A stretch of 64,000 nucleotides of DNA. Origin: a virus (lineage: Duplodnaviria; Heunggongvirae; Uroviricota; Caudoviricetes). The translations under genes and the position numbers were made by a program. This document shows, piece by piece, positions 30,556 through 40,849 of the stretch (position 1 is the first letter of the stretch; every line of letters begins with the position of its first letter). The stretch lies in IMG/VR virus record IMGVR_UViG_3300028584_001240; one strand, 5' to 3'. The notes beneath the pieces are model-generated. The model saw nothing but the letters and a program-made list of their open reading frames with translations. It did no database searches and was not told where the DNA came from.

Positions 30556-31047
30556 TTATTGACTTAATTTATTTTTTTCATCATCTCTTCGAGCCGCAGC
30601 GGCTATCGCAATAAAGACATTAGATAAAAAACCAAACATGAGAAAACACATTGCGGTAATGCCGTGCAAAGAATTTTCTGGGCCTTTTTCGAGACTCGTG
30701 CAATATAACATCGTATAGATTACAAGCGAAACAGAAATAACATGACATATTTTTTGCCACTGCGTATTGGATTCAAGACAATCAGGTTTAATCTTGCAAA
30801 ACACACATATGCTCCACAACGAAGCAAATCCAAAGCACCACAGAATATAATAACCAATTGTTTTAAACATAGGTTTCAAAAATTCACATGTAGCTGTAAA
30901 GGAAGCTTCTAAACCATTTAATATAGGCTCATTATAATTATAAAAGACAAATCCTATAAGAAAAATGATAGCGAGTGTTATCGCACACTTTAATGCATTG
31001 CTTTTTATATTTGGATCTTTTCTGTGTGTGTTTGAATAATTAAGCAT
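30556..31047 (-). CDS. multi-TM membrane protein, same family
   Basis: MLNYSNTHRKDPN...LWSICVFCKI. Confidence 0.75.
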   Translation of the reverse strand: MLNYSNTHRKDPNIKSNALKCAITLAIIFLIGFVFYNYNEPILNGLEASFTATCEFLKPMFKTIGYYILWCFGFASLWSICVFCKIKPDCLESNTQWQKICHVISVSLVIYTMLYCTSLEKGPENSLHGITAMCFLMFGFLSNVFIAIAAAARRDDEKNKLSQ

Positions 31048-31085
31048 ACAATCTCCTATTAGTTTTAAATGTTCAATAAATATTG

Positions 31086-31604
31086 TTAAGAATAATCTGA
31101 CTGCTTATCTTGTTCTTTTTTGATGTTACTCAGCGTTCCAAACAGGAATATATGTGCAAAGATGGATAAAAATGCAATTAAACCTGATACTAAAACAAGT
31201 CCTGTTAAATCAATAGATTCTTTATGTTGGACTACGGGGCGTTCATCAATAAAGTGCAGCGTATCAATAATAAACAAAACACAGTAAAGAAACAAAGGAA
31301 TTAAAGCAGAATGAGCTATATTCTTCCAGAATTTAACAATACTTAATTCGCTCTCAGTTTTAGCCACCTTTGAAAATACACATAGACTCCAAAGAGTAAT
31401 GAAAACAAGCAATGCCAGTATATATTCACCCGCAAATCTAAACACTGGCGATAGAAAGGCAGCCGTTTTAACAAAAGAAGACGCAACAAATTGACCTATT
31501 TCTGAGCCAAAATCTTTCCAGATAAAAAAGATAACAAACAGTGGGAAAAGCTGCAAGAAACATTTCAAAGGCGGGTTTTTTATGTTTTTTATGTAATTGA
31601 TCAT
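31086..31604 (-). CDS. multi-TM membrane protein, same family
   Basis: LWSLCVFSKV; ATG 31604 with SD GGAG. Confidence 0.7.
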   Translation of the reverse strand: MINYIKNIKNPPLKCFLQLFPLFVIFFIWKDFGSEIGQFVASSFVKTAAFLSPVFRFAGEYILALLVFITLWSLCVFSKVAKTESELSIVKFWKNIAHSALIPLFLYCVLFIIDTLHFIDERPVVQHKESIDLTGLVLVSGLIAFLSIFAHIFLFGTLSNIKKEQDKQSDYS

Positions 31605-31733
31605 ACACTCTCCGATTAATTTGACAGGATTATAACTCAAGCAAGCATATAAAACAATGTTTATTTGTTTAAAATGTAGATATTTTCTTGATAAAATGAT
31701 ATACTTTCAATATCAAAAAAAAAGGTAATAAAA

Positions 31734-31973
31734 ATGCTAAAATTATTGATAATCCTATTATTGCTATCTCCATTGAGCGTTCAAGCTGGTTCAATGACTG
31801 GCAATATACAAGTTAGCTTAACCATCTTGCCATCGCCATGCACTGCAACATCATCTGAAAAATCGTGGACTGTTGATTGTGGTAATATCAAACAGGTTGT
31901 TAAAACGACTGTTGAGAAACAATCATCTACTGAAAAAATATCTGATAATTATCTGGTCACCATCACCTATTAA
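31734..31973 (+). CDS. small secreted protein, pilin/fimbrial-like N-terminus
   Basis: Signal peptide SVQA-G, GNIQVSLTILPSPC, ends VTITY. Confidence 0.55.
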   Translation: MLKLLIILLLLSPLSVQAGSMTGNIQVSLTILPSPCTATSSEKSWTVDCGNIKQVVKTTVEKQSSTEKISDNYLVTITY

Positions 31974-32198
31974 AATATTGTTTATTCAACTATATTGACA
32001 TTTAGTCTAAATAAATTATGATAAACAAATCGCACAGTTGTGTGCGGGCTAAATAGACTAGACGGCGAAGCTTATGACAAGCAACAACATTATCGAAACG
32101 ATAAAAAAAAAACCAAACAACTAATTTAATTTAATAACTTTAAATAAGTTGGCTTCTATTTGTCAAATTTAAAAACAATATTTAAAGGAGCTTAAATT

Positions 32199-33155
32199 AT
32201 GTCAAAGATCGAAATTACGTCCAGTAATATAGATAAATTCGTCAAAAGATTTCATAAAGTTACGGATGCAAAAAACAATGGTAAGAAACTATCAGAAAGC
32301 CAAGAAACCTTTGCAAAGTCATTAGGTTGCCATAACTATAATGAGTTAAAGACAATTCTGGAAAATGAACACATAGCTGTTAATGAACAAAAGGATGTAA
32401 AATCAATAAATGAATTATATAAAGGTTGGGTAATCGACAATGCTGACAATCTAGACGCTAATAATTTTTTAATAGAATTAAATAACGTTGTTACATCTAA
32501 ATCAAAAGAAATGTCTAAGGTCGAATTATTTTATAATCAATTACTAACCTTATTAAATCATCCAAAAAGTAAAATATCATCATGTTTATTCGAAAAGGAT
32601 GGTTTTGAATATAGCCTTAAATTGACAACTTGCTATGGAGATGAATTTTCATACGGTTTTGGAAAAGATAGAAAATCACTGGATAATATATTACTTGATA
32701 GAGGGTTTTCATTACTTGATACAAGTCTACTATCGTCCATTTTATCAAACTCAAATTTAACAAAACTAAACCTCAGTATCAGATTTGAAGCTATTGATTT
32801 TGCCAACGACCTCTATCAATACTTATCAAAAAAAATGGGTGAACAAAAAATATATGTACTTAAATTTAATAAAGATGATAATATTAATAATAAATATATT
32901 TTTAAAAATAATACATTATATAAACATGAATTAATATTTCTAAGTTTTTCAGATTATGAAAGAATTATAAAATCAACACAATCAATAGTAGAAGATAAAG
33001 AAAAATTTGAATTTTATGTTTTCAACAATTACAATGTTTTTGAATATCGAACAAATAATGGGCAAAATAAATTAGACTATTACAGGAACATAGGTAATAA
33101 TAAAAATATAATTGTTAGGAAAAAAGACATCAATTTAGATTTAAAACAAGAGTAA
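32199..33155 (+). CDS. hypothetical protein with N-terminal helical domain shared with 10725-12317
   Basis: KRFHK...KLSESQETFAKSLGCHNYNEL. Confidence 0.7.
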   Translation: MSKIEITSSNIDKFVKRFHKVTDAKNNGKKLSESQETFAKSLGCHNYNELKTILENEHIAVNEQKDVKSINELYKGWVIDNADNLDANNFLIELNNVVTSKSKEMSKVELFYNQLLTLLNHPKSKISSCLFEKDGFEYSLKLTTCYGDEFSYGFGKDRKSLDNILLDRGFSLLDTSLLSSILSNSNLTKLNLSIRFEAIDFANDLYQYLSKKMGEQKIYVLKFNKDDNINNKYIFKNNTLYKHELIFLSFSDYERIIKSTQSIVEDKEKFEFYVFNNYNVFEYRTNNGQNKLDYYRNIGNNKNIIVRKKDINLDLKQE

Positions 33156-33178
33156 AAAAGGCCACTTCGGTGGCCTTT
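33154..33178. terminator. bidirectional terminator (cUUCGg loop)
   Basis: aaaaaaggccacttcggtggccttt. Confidence 0.75.
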
Positions 33179-33851
33179 AATATATCTTTATCAATGTTAA
33201 TTGAGCTAAATCTTTAAACCCTGTAAAGCCTAGATCTAAATCATTTAAATGGTAGGCTTCTAAAATAGTTTGATGAAGTTGCTTATAATCACCATCGTAA
33301 ACAAGTTGTCCATCAAAATAATTAAAATCATAAGTTTTTTCAAATGGGATAGCCTCAGATGTATCAAGCATTCGTATTTTAGTCCACATCATAGGTTTAT
33401 TATAACGAATAATAAAAATACCACCATCAATTTCTTTATCATCTGCAGACACTTTCAAAACTAATGAAACATCCAATATATCCAACAAATGACCATAAGT
33501 TCGTCTATTAGAACCATCAACAAAGTCATCAGTAACGACAGCGTTAAAGATCTCTTTATCTCTTGAAAAGGCTTCAAACTGTTTTTTTAAAGATGGTATT
33601 TTTAATGAAAATTCTTCATACTCAATAACATTATGAACGAAGCTAAAAAGTTTATCAAACTGAATGGTGCCATTCATCATTTGAGTGTCTACATTGATGT
33701 AAATTCTACCAAAACTGGATGTGATGAAAAAGGTCCACATATAACGTTCACGGCTCAAATAAGTCACATCATTATTATGAGCAATGCCATAATGTGCAAT
33801 AACTAATTTCACTCTATTAAAGAAATTGTTTAAATAACTAGGATATCCCAT
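33177..33851 (-). CDS. hypothetical protein, C-terminal motif group; paralog of 33870-34535
   Basis: RTYGHLLDILDVSLV; ends LAQLTLIKIY*. Confidence 0.75.
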   Translation of the reverse strand: MGYPSYLNNFFNRVKLVIAHYGIAHNNDVTYLSRERYMWTFFITSSFGRIYINVDTQMMNGTIQFDKLFSFVHNVIEYEEFSLKIPSLKKQFEAFSRDKEIFNAVVTDDFVDGSNRRTYGHLLDILDVSLVLKVSADDKEIDGGIFIIRYNKPMMWTKIRMLDTSEAIPFEKTYDFNYFDGQLVYDGDYKQLHQTILEAYHLNDLDLGFTGFKDLAQLTLIKIY

Positions 33852-33869
33852 AGCAGTTACCTTTCATTG

Positions 33870-34535
33870 TTAATAGATCTTCATTAAAGTTAATTGAGCC
33901 AAGTCTTTAAAATTTTTAAATTTCAATTCTGAATCGTTTAAATTGTAGGCCGCACTGACTTCCTGATGAATTTGTTTATAGTCCCCATCATAAACAAGCT
34001 TGCCATTCACATAGTTAAAATCATACGTGTTTTCAAACTGAAGATAATAGACTTCATCCAGCATTAACATTTTACTACATGATTGAAGCGTATTATAACG
34101 AATAATAAAATTGTTTTCATTAATATCGACATCATCAATAGACACATTAAACACAAGTGAAACATCCAACAAGTCTAATAAATGGCCATAGGTTCTTTTC
34201 ATGGTGTAATCATTGTCGTGCTGAGTAACAAATGCATTGAAAATGTCTTTATCGGTTTCAAATGCTTGATAATATTGCTGCGACATAGGAAATTTTAGAT
34301 TAAATTCATCAACATTTATACTATGCTTACTCGATTGAAAGAGTGTATTAAATTCAATCTGCCCTTGAAAAGTATTAAGATCCACGGAAACAAAAACAAT
34401 ACCAGTGCTGGTTTGGATATAATACGTTGCGTTATCTCCTTTATTACGAAACTTTCCAATTTCATCATTGTAAGTAATTCCATAATGAGACAAGATTAAT
34501 TTTACTCGATTTAAGAAGTTATCTAATTGGCTCAT
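33870..34535 (-). CDS. hypothetical protein, C-terminal motif group
   Basis: RTYGHLLDLLDVSLV; ends LAQLTLMKIY*. Confidence 0.75.
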   Translation of the reverse strand: MSQLDNFLNRVKLILSHYGITYNDEIGKFRNKGDNATYYIQTSTGIVFVSVDLNTFQGQIEFNTLFQSSKHSINVDEFNLKFPMSQQYYQAFETDKDIFNAFVTQHDNDYTMKRTYGHLLDLLDVSLVFNVSIDDVDINENNFIIRYNTLQSCSKMLMLDEVYYLQFENTYDFNYVNGKLVYDGDYKQIHQEVSAAYNLNDSELKFKNFKDLAQLTLMKIY

Positions 34536-34536
34536 A

Positions 34537-35403
34537 TCAATAGCCCATCATATCAAAAATGTCTTTATAACGCTTATTAGGTAAGGCTTCTTCCGTATAT
34601 TCAGGATTAATGCTTCTGACCAGTGCCATTGAAAACTTAGCTACAAATTCGGATACATCTTTATATGCAGTAAATTCACTAAAATCAAAAATAAAATATT
34701 CATCACCCGCCTCATTGGGTTTAAATAACTCAGCATTATCTTTACCAGCGGTTACACTGACTTTGTAATATTTTTCGCCTTCACTTTCAATTAAAACAAC
34801 CGAAACATGACCACCCGATGATGGTTTGGTAACGGTATAATGCAACAACTTAAATTCATGTCCTGCTTTATCAAAGACAACTCCACAATTAGAAAAAATA
34901 GGGGGTGTCTTACGAGCATTAACCAATGTATTATCTGAACCAAAAATAGACTTATTATTCTTCATTGCGAAAACTAACTGCAGTAAACTTTTTTTATTGT
35001 TATTAAATGACGCCGTAACTTGTTGAGATTTAGTCAGAAAATTTTTCCAACGATCATTAAATGTCTTTTCAGGTTCAAAAGGATTAAATACATAACAGAA
35101 AATGAAATAGGTCATTTTAGAAAGATCGATAAAATCACTATGAAAGATATCGTAATCATTTTTATTAAGTGTTGCTAACATCTTATCGCTATTCACAATA
35201 GCACAGGTGTTATCTTTTGAATGGTTACCAATATCATTATCACCATACATTAAAGAACCTTTATCAAATGACATTGTTTTGATACTTGAAAAGACAGGCA
35301 GTTCATGGACGATACGTTTTAGCAACCAATATTTATCCTTATCCAGCATGGTCATGCCAAATACAATATTAGAATAAAGCTTTTTTAAAGGATTGCTGCT
35401 CAT
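34537..35403 (-). CDS. hypothetical protein, C-terminal motif group; paralog of 35465-36328
   Basis: ends YKDIFDMMGY*. Confidence 0.75.
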   Translation of the reverse strand: MSSNPLKKLYSNIVFGMTMLDKDKYWLLKRIVHELPVFSSIKTMSFDKGSLMYGDNDIGNHSKDNTCAIVNSDKMLATLNKNDYDIFHSDFIDLSKMTYFIFCYVFNPFEPEKTFNDRWKNFLTKSQQVTASFNNNKKSLLQLVFAMKNNKSIFGSDNTLVNARKTPPIFSNCGVVFDKAGHEFKLLHYTVTKPSSGGHVSVVLIESEGEKYYKVSVTAGKDNAELFKPNEAGDEYFIFDFSEFTAYKDVSEFVAKFSMALVRSINPEYTEEALPNKRYKDIFDMMGY

Positions 35404-35464
35404 ATGAATCTCCAACAAAATATAGCTAAGTATACAGTATTTTAATAATATTTACAATTGTTTT

Positions 35465-36328
35465 TTAATAGCAAGTCATGTCAAAAATAATTTTATCTCG
35501 AATGGTCGGATGTTTATCTTCTTTGTAGTCTGGATAAATACCTTTGACCATCATCATTGAAAAGTCTCCTATGAATTCAGTCACAACTTTATATCTAATA
35601 AATTCATCAAGGTTTAATTTTAAATAATCATAACCCATAACACTGTTTACAAGTTCACCCCTTGAAAATACATTAATTTTACTTAATTTATAATATTTTA
35701 CGCCATCTTTTTCTAGTAAAATAACTGAAACACGATCCATTGTGTTAGGTATTTTTACAATATATTCTAATAATTTACACTCCAAACCATTGGAATCAAA
35801 AACAACTCCAAATTCAGTTGAAATAGGTGGTGTCATGTTGCAATTTTCCAAGGTATTTGCAAACTCAGGGGGCGTAATATTATTGTTTAAATTAGTCAAT
35901 AAATCAACAGTTGCTTTAATTGTTTTCCCAAATGAAGTGATTTTATCATGTTTTAATGCATTAAAAAAGATCCGCCAACGCTCAATGTAATTAGCCTCAG
36001 CATTAAAAGGCATAAAGAGATAACAAAAAACAAAATAGGACATTTGTGACAATTCTAAAAAGTCATCATTAAAACAATCTGCATTATTCTTATTGAGCAT
36101 TGAGAGCATATTTGAATCTTTAATAATAGCAGTTTGATGGTCAACACTTATTTTACCAATATATTTTTCACCATAATATAAGTCACATGTGCTAGGTTTA
36201 AACTTTTTAAAGATTGAAAATGGAAGTGATTTTTTAGAAATACATTTTTCCAACCAATATTTATTATTAGACATTGAAATGATATTTAAAAATCTATAAT
36301 AAATATTGCTGAATAAATTTAAAATCAT
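35465..36328 (-). CDS. hypothetical protein, C-terminal motif group
   Basis: ends DKIIFDMTCY*. Confidence 0.75.
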   Translation of the reverse strand: MILNLFSNIYYRFLNIISMSNNKYWLEKCISKKSLPFSIFKKFKPSTCDLYYGEKYIGKISVDHQTAIIKDSNMLSMLNKNNADCFNDDFLELSQMSYFVFCYLFMPFNAEANYIERWRIFFNALKHDKITSFGKTIKATVDLLTNLNNNITPPEFANTLENCNMTPPISTEFGVVFDSNGLECKLLEYIVKIPNTMDRVSVILLEKDGVKYYKLSKINVFSRGELVNSVMGYDYLKLNLDEFIRYKVVTEFIGDFSMMMVKGIYPDYKEDKHPTIRDKIIFDMTCY

Positions 36329-36397
36329 AAATACTCCTTTAAAGATGAACTATTATACAATATTTTAATAATTTTAACAACAAAAAAAGCAATGGAT

Positions 36398-36982
36398 TCA
36401 CATCCACTGCTTCTCTTTTTTACTGTTTTTCCACGAGTTTGGTTTACCTTTTCTGCTATAACCTTCGAAATAGTAATCATGTTCAATAGCATTCATCCTA
36501 CTTTTTCTAAGTTTTACATACCCTTCCATTCTATCAAAAACGTTTTGAATACGCTCCTGACGAACACCAGAACTATACTTCACTACCAGTGGTCTATTTT
36601 TTTGTTTTGCCCAAGAATTGCGAACACGTTCGGGCTTCTTAGCTTTCAACAAATCTCTTGATTGGCGATATTCATAAGCTAACTCATAAATGTCAACAGG
36701 CCCACCTGCAAACGTTTCTATTCTGAAATCACCTGTGCGGTAGACTGTCTCATATTGAAAGTGCGGTCGAAACTTATAATCTTCAGTCTCATCAAACCAC
36801 CCACCAACGTGAAACTTTTTCTCAGAATGGAAAATAGTGCCTTCTCCAATTTCAAACGTATTACAAAAGCGGTTTAGAAAGCTTCTTAAACCAAAGTCAT
36901 CAATGACTTTGAACAAACTTTTCTTTGATTCTTCATAGTAAATTTTACCATCGAAACCATAAATTTTGTAAGTATAAAACAT
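36398..36982 (-). CDS. basic phage-type protein (SWKxxKxxKQW tail), related to 53061-53672
   Basis: ends NSWKNSKKEKQWM*; SD GGAGG. Confidence 0.7.
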   Translation of the reverse strand: MFYTYKIYGFDGKIYYEESKKSLFKVIDDFGLRSFLNRFCNTFEIGEGTIFHSEKKFHVGGWFDETEDYKFRPHFQYETVYRTGDFRIETFAGGPVDIYELAYEYRQSRDLLKAKKPERVRNSWAKQKNRPLVVKYSSGVRQERIQNVFDRMEGYVKLRKSRMNAIEHDYYFEGYSRKGKPNSWKNSKKEKQWM

Positions 36983-36983
36983 A

Positions 36984-37023
36984 GTAACCTCCGATATTAG
37001 TTAAAACATCGAAAATTACCTCC
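36984..37023 (-). promoter_or_regulatory. SD-sequestering hairpin containing a minimal uORF ATG-TTT-TAA (37001-37009)
   Basis: GGAGGTAATTTTCGATGTT-TTAACT-AATATCGGAGGTTAC forms 15 contiguous pairs including G-U. Confidence 0.6.
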
Positions 37024-37046
37024 ATAAAACTTAGCGAATAAAAATA

Positions 37047-37283
37047 TCATTTTAGTATCCTTTGAATGGCTCTTAAATTTAATTTTGAATAAATATAAAT
37101 TACAGAGTAGAAGGTAATCATACCTACAATACAGCCAACTGTCAATGTAATATATTGATTATCTATACCATATAGATTCTCAATACCTTTCGATCTCAAA
37201 TAACGATCTGTGGCTAAAAATGTAAAAGTAGTTGCGGCTATCATCATTAATAACACACATAACGCTTTTGTTGATGAACTCAT
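37047..37283 (-). CDS. small 2-TM membrane protein
   Basis: Two hydrophobic helices, SD AGGAG. Confidence 0.6.
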   Translation of the reverse strand: MSSSTKALCVLLMMIAATTFTFLATDRYLRSKGIENLYGIDNQYITLTVGCIVGMITFYSVIYIYSKLNLRAIQRILK

Positions 37284-37292
37284 TAATTTCTC

Positions 37293-38084
37293 CTATATTT
37301 CAACACTGTAATATTCAGCAATTTTAAAACGATGGCTGACAAAGCTACCAATAGTGGATGGTTGTCTAATTTTCAATAGTTGTTCAACCCTGTCATTCAT
37401 TGGACTACTATACATCAATGTATCAGCACTCTTAATCTTGGATAAATCAGCTATATGAAATTTTTCAACATTAATGTATGAGTTTTTATCAATCACATGA
37501 TAAATATCAGAAACTTCAGCATCAACAACAATATCTTTCTTATTTTTATTCGTTAAAATGATATAATCATCAAAATTAAGATTGTCTGCAGTGAATTCTT
37601 TCATTGTCCATTCAAAGAAATAAAGATCGACAGCTTTGATAGGAAACAAATGAAACAACCCAGTGACACGATTAATTAAACGGTTATCTTTTTTGTTGCT
37701 CATGTTGACAAAATACATCTTTTGAGACTTCTTGTAGAATTTAAAGAAATACTTCAACAACATTTTTTCCAAGATGTGTTTACCTCTAAAACTTTTCATA
37801 ATTTTAAAGTCACACAAATACCAAATATTTTCACCATTCAAATGACGAAGAACAGCACAACCCGCACCAATAACCTTGTTATCATCATCTTCAACAACCA
37901 TATAATGAACTTCGCCTAGTTGTTCGAAGAATGAAAAGTAATCATAGGCACCTTGATACCCATGTCGAATGTAAAAGGATTTATCACCTAATGGGTAAGT
38001 GAATTCATTCTCAAAGTTCTGTAATTGTTCACTGTATGAACATCTCACTTTCCAATCTTCTAGATCTAAGGTTTTAATTTTCAT
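37293..38084 (-). CDS. GNAT-family acyltransferase
   Basis: VIGAGCAVLR..WYLCDFKIMKSFRGK (motif A). Confidence 0.7.
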   Translation of the reverse strand: MKIKTLDLEDWKVRCSYSEQLQNFENEFTYPLGDKSFYIRHGYQGAYDYFSFFEQLGEVHYMVVEDDDNKVIGAGCAVLRHLNGENIWYLCDFKIMKSFRGKHILEKMLLKYFFKFYKKSQKMYFVNMSNKKDNRLINRVTGLFHLFPIKAVDLYFFEWTMKEFTADNLNFDDYIILTNKNKKDIVVDAEVSDIYHVIDKNSYINVEKFHIADLSKIKSADTLMYSSPMNDRVEQLLKIRQPSTIGSFVSHRFKIAEYYSVEI

Positions 38085-38096
38085 GATTCACTCCGA

Positions 38097-39641
38097 TTAA
38101 CGATTCACACCCACAGCGACTTCTGAATAAAACCATGTGACATCATTATCTGATTTCACCTTAAATCCACAATCAACCAACAAGTTTTTAAGATTGTAAT
38201 CACCCAACAATTTTCGACAAACAATCACACCATCATCAGCCAAACGGCCTTTAACATCCAGAATGACTTTCTTGTAGTCTTCCAAACTCATCCAGTCACC
38301 AATATTGGAAATGGACACGACTTTGTATTTTTTGTTAACATCTAATGCCTCAAAATCACCATGAATATATTGAATAGCATGTTTAAAGTGGTTAGCTTTC
38401 AACGCGGATTGAGTATTATGACTAGGATGAATATCAATACCATCAATAATGTTCTCAATGTTTCTACGAGTAATCGCACTTTCAATTTTACTTTCACACG
38501 CTTTAACAAAGACATTATAAAAGTGTTCAGCAAAACTTTCTGATGAATATTTAGTCGCCCTGTCACTGAATACATGTGCTAAGTTCTCATTTGAAAACAA
38601 CTCATTCACAATATATTTAAGTTTTTGACGGGCTACTGGTGATTCTTTGATGTAATCACTCAACAAACTATTCCCATGATAATTAAACGATGTTCTAATT
38701 TTCAGGAACACTTGTTCAAATTTACCACTAAAATTTTCTTCCTTGTTGTAATAACGGGAATCCGCCAACAATTCAAGGATTTTATATTTACAAAGATTAA
38801 TCTGATTGATGTTCATATCCACCGCATCAATTTGCAAATGGCATGGAAGGCCCAACATATCAATGATGGTTTCACCACCTGATGCAATCATAAGGATATT
38901 GTTTTCACCATTTTTCTTGCAGGTATCATTAATAGCCTTAATTTCAGGTGAGCTGTCTTCTCGGGTATAGTAAAATGAAATACCTTCTTCATTAACTTTT
39001 TTCATTTCATGTGCCGTTGCAATCACCATATGATTGTAAAGATCCAAAAATTCATCCTGCCCAACGTTGAAAGCTTCTTTTACAATATCTTCATCTTGTT
39101 CCAAGTGTACACCCACACTCAACAACTCGTCACCATGAATCCAATCCAGTTCAGAGTGGACCGCATAATGCGATTGTTCAGCGACCAAATCCAATGTCTT
39201 TACATGATCGGCAATGGTTTTACTGATAGGAGCATAAGCATACTCAATACCAGCCAAATAAGCCGCATAAGCACCAGCAGACATATCTTTACTCAAGACT
39301 TTTGAGATCCACTCTTGAATCCAAGGATTTTGGTGAAATTCACCATCCCAACCAAGAGCTGTTAGAAATTCTTTAAAGGTGGTGGTATGAAAGTGGGTCT
39401 TATTGCCATGTCCATGTTCTTCCCATAGATTTTCAACAACAAGCAAACGGTCTTCACTGATTTCAATCTGGCTAACTAATTTAGCAAGAAAACGTGGGAA
39501 TGCTTGGACAGCAAAGAAGAAAGGGATCTGAGAGCGTAGGTATTCAGCTTGGTTAGATTCTTCAATGAATGTATGATAACGATGTAGTGTCCAACCATTG
39601 TTGATTGTGGCATCAATTGCCCAGTTTTTAAATTTGCTCAT
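38097..39641 (-). CDS. heme-oxygenase-like diiron (CADD/PqqC-like) domain fused to DUF3419/BtaA-like SAM-dependent transferase
   Basis: ENLWEEHG..H, GIE, HSELDWIH metal ligands; YTREDS..E, IASGGE, DAVDMNINQ, GKFE, SNIGDWM; ATG 39641 with SD GGAG. Confidence 0.7.
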   Translation of the reverse strand: MSKFKNWAIDATINNGWTLHRYHTFIEESNQAEYLRSQIPFFFAVQAFPRFLAKLVSQIEISEDRLLVVENLWEEHGHGNKTHFHTTTFKEFLTALGWDGEFHQNPWIQEWISKVLSKDMSAGAYAAYLAGIEYAYAPISKTIADHVKTLDLVAEQSHYAVHSELDWIHGDELLSVGVHLEQDEDIVKEAFNVGQDEFLDLYNHMVIATAHEMKKVNEEGISFYYTREDSSPEIKAINDTCKKNGENNILMIASGGETIIDMLGLPCHLQIDAVDMNINQINLCKYKILELLADSRYYNKEENFSGKFEQVFLKIRTSFNYHGNSLLSDYIKESPVARQKLKYIVNELFSNENLAHVFSDRATKYSSESFAEHFYNVFVKACESKIESAITRRNIENIIDGIDIHPSHNTQSALKANHFKHAIQYIHGDFEALDVNKKYKVVSISNIGDWMSLEDYKKVILDVKGRLADDGVIVCRKLLGDYNLKNLLVDCGFKVKSDNDVTWFYSEVAVGVNR

Positions 39642-39737
39642 TTTAGCTCCATAAAGTAATTCAAAGAGTATATCATTTAAATCAGATATTATCAATAAAT
39701 AATAGAAAAAAGTGGCCGAAGCCACTTCTTTAATTAT

Positions 39738-40235
39738 TTAAGGTTGTTCTCGCAAGAGACGACGAACTTCCATCAGAACACGACCTAGCAAATTCAGCCC
39801 AAGCCATTTCTCTGGATTAGTGGCATCAGGATGGTTCTCATCCATACCGATACCCCAAATAGTATCATAGGGTGAAGCTTCAACCAGCACCAAGTCATCA
39901 GTAGCCAGCAACTGATCTTTCAAGTGTGTATTTTGAAGAAACTTTTGAAGGCAACCTTTTACCATAATAGCAAAACATTCTTGTTCCCATACTTCGGATA
40001 CGAAGCCTTTAACTTTTCGACCTAACGCCTTTTGATTACGTGGAATAGGTTCGGCCAACACCTCTTTTGCAATAGCTGTATCACCAAAGAGCATAGCTTT
40101 CGCATACATCATCCATTGTTCAGCACAATTGAATCGAACACCATCAATGGTAAAGGGCGATAGATGCCAGTTTGACATATAGTCTTTGGTCGTCCAGAAG
40201 AATGCAAAGCCGCTTTTAATTTTCATTTTTTTCAA
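39738..40235 (-). CDS. NADAR (YbiA/DUF1768) family protein
   Basis: SNWH, AEQWMMYAKA.LFGD, KALGRKV, LVEASPYDTIWGIG, GLNLLGRVLMEVR. Confidence 0.92.
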   Translation of the reverse strand: MKKMKIKSGFAFFWTTKDYMSNWHLSPFTIDGVRFNCAEQWMMYAKAMLFGDTAIAKEVLAEPIPRNQKALGRKVKGFVSEVWEQECFAIMVKGCLQKFLQNTHLKDQLLATDDLVLVEASPYDTIWGIGMDENHPDATNPEKWLGLNLLGRVLMEVRRLLREQP

Positions 40236-40285
40236 GCCTCATAAAATATAATAGGCGAGAATGATACCACAATCACAGTGTGTTA

Positions 40286-40783
40286 TCAAGATTTAAATTG
40301 AAAACCACCTACAATAGACTTAGACATAAGCTCAGAAAAAGCAGATTCTTCATCGGATAAAGAAGAACGTAGTGATAGTGTATAAACAACGTAAGCTGAT
40401 GCGTCACCACGAATAAAGTAGCCATGCTGTCCGTTGACAGTCACAAACCCAGTTTCAACACGGTTCATTGATTTGTTTTCAAATTGAATGTCGATGTCAT
40501 TTAGTTCTTGAACATCATGCGTTATTTCATCAACTATAATGATATTATCATACAGAGGGTCATTAATCTGGGAGACTAGATTATTATAGAAAGAATTAAT
40601 ATACATCTTTGAAAAACTATCGGCATCCAATACATTTTCTGGTTTAATTGCTTCAGCAGGTTTGATATTTTTCTTGATATAACTGATAGTTAAGAATGTT
40701 CCCGGCCAATCATTTTCACCAAATTGAACAGGCCCACTTTTAAGAGCAACATCACCAGCGACTGAAATAACGGTTGTTTTCAT
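40286..40783 (-). CDS. hypothetical protein with internal duplication (xxGxVxF...G.F)
   Basis: SGPVQFGENDWPGTF versus RVETGFVTVNGQHGYFIRGD. Confidence 0.65.
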   Translation of the reverse strand: MKTTVISVAGDVALKSGPVQFGENDWPGTFLTISYIKKNIKPAEAIKPENVLDADSFSKMYINSFYNNLVSQINDPLYDNIIIVDEITHDVQELNDIDIQFENKSMNRVETGFVTVNGQHGYFIRGDASAYVVYTLSLRSSLSDEESAFSELMSKSIVGGFQFKS

Positions 40784-40849
40784 GGTATAATCCTCATAGT
40801 CGCAATAATATACCATTATTTGTAAAGATGTTCAACAAATAATACTGAA

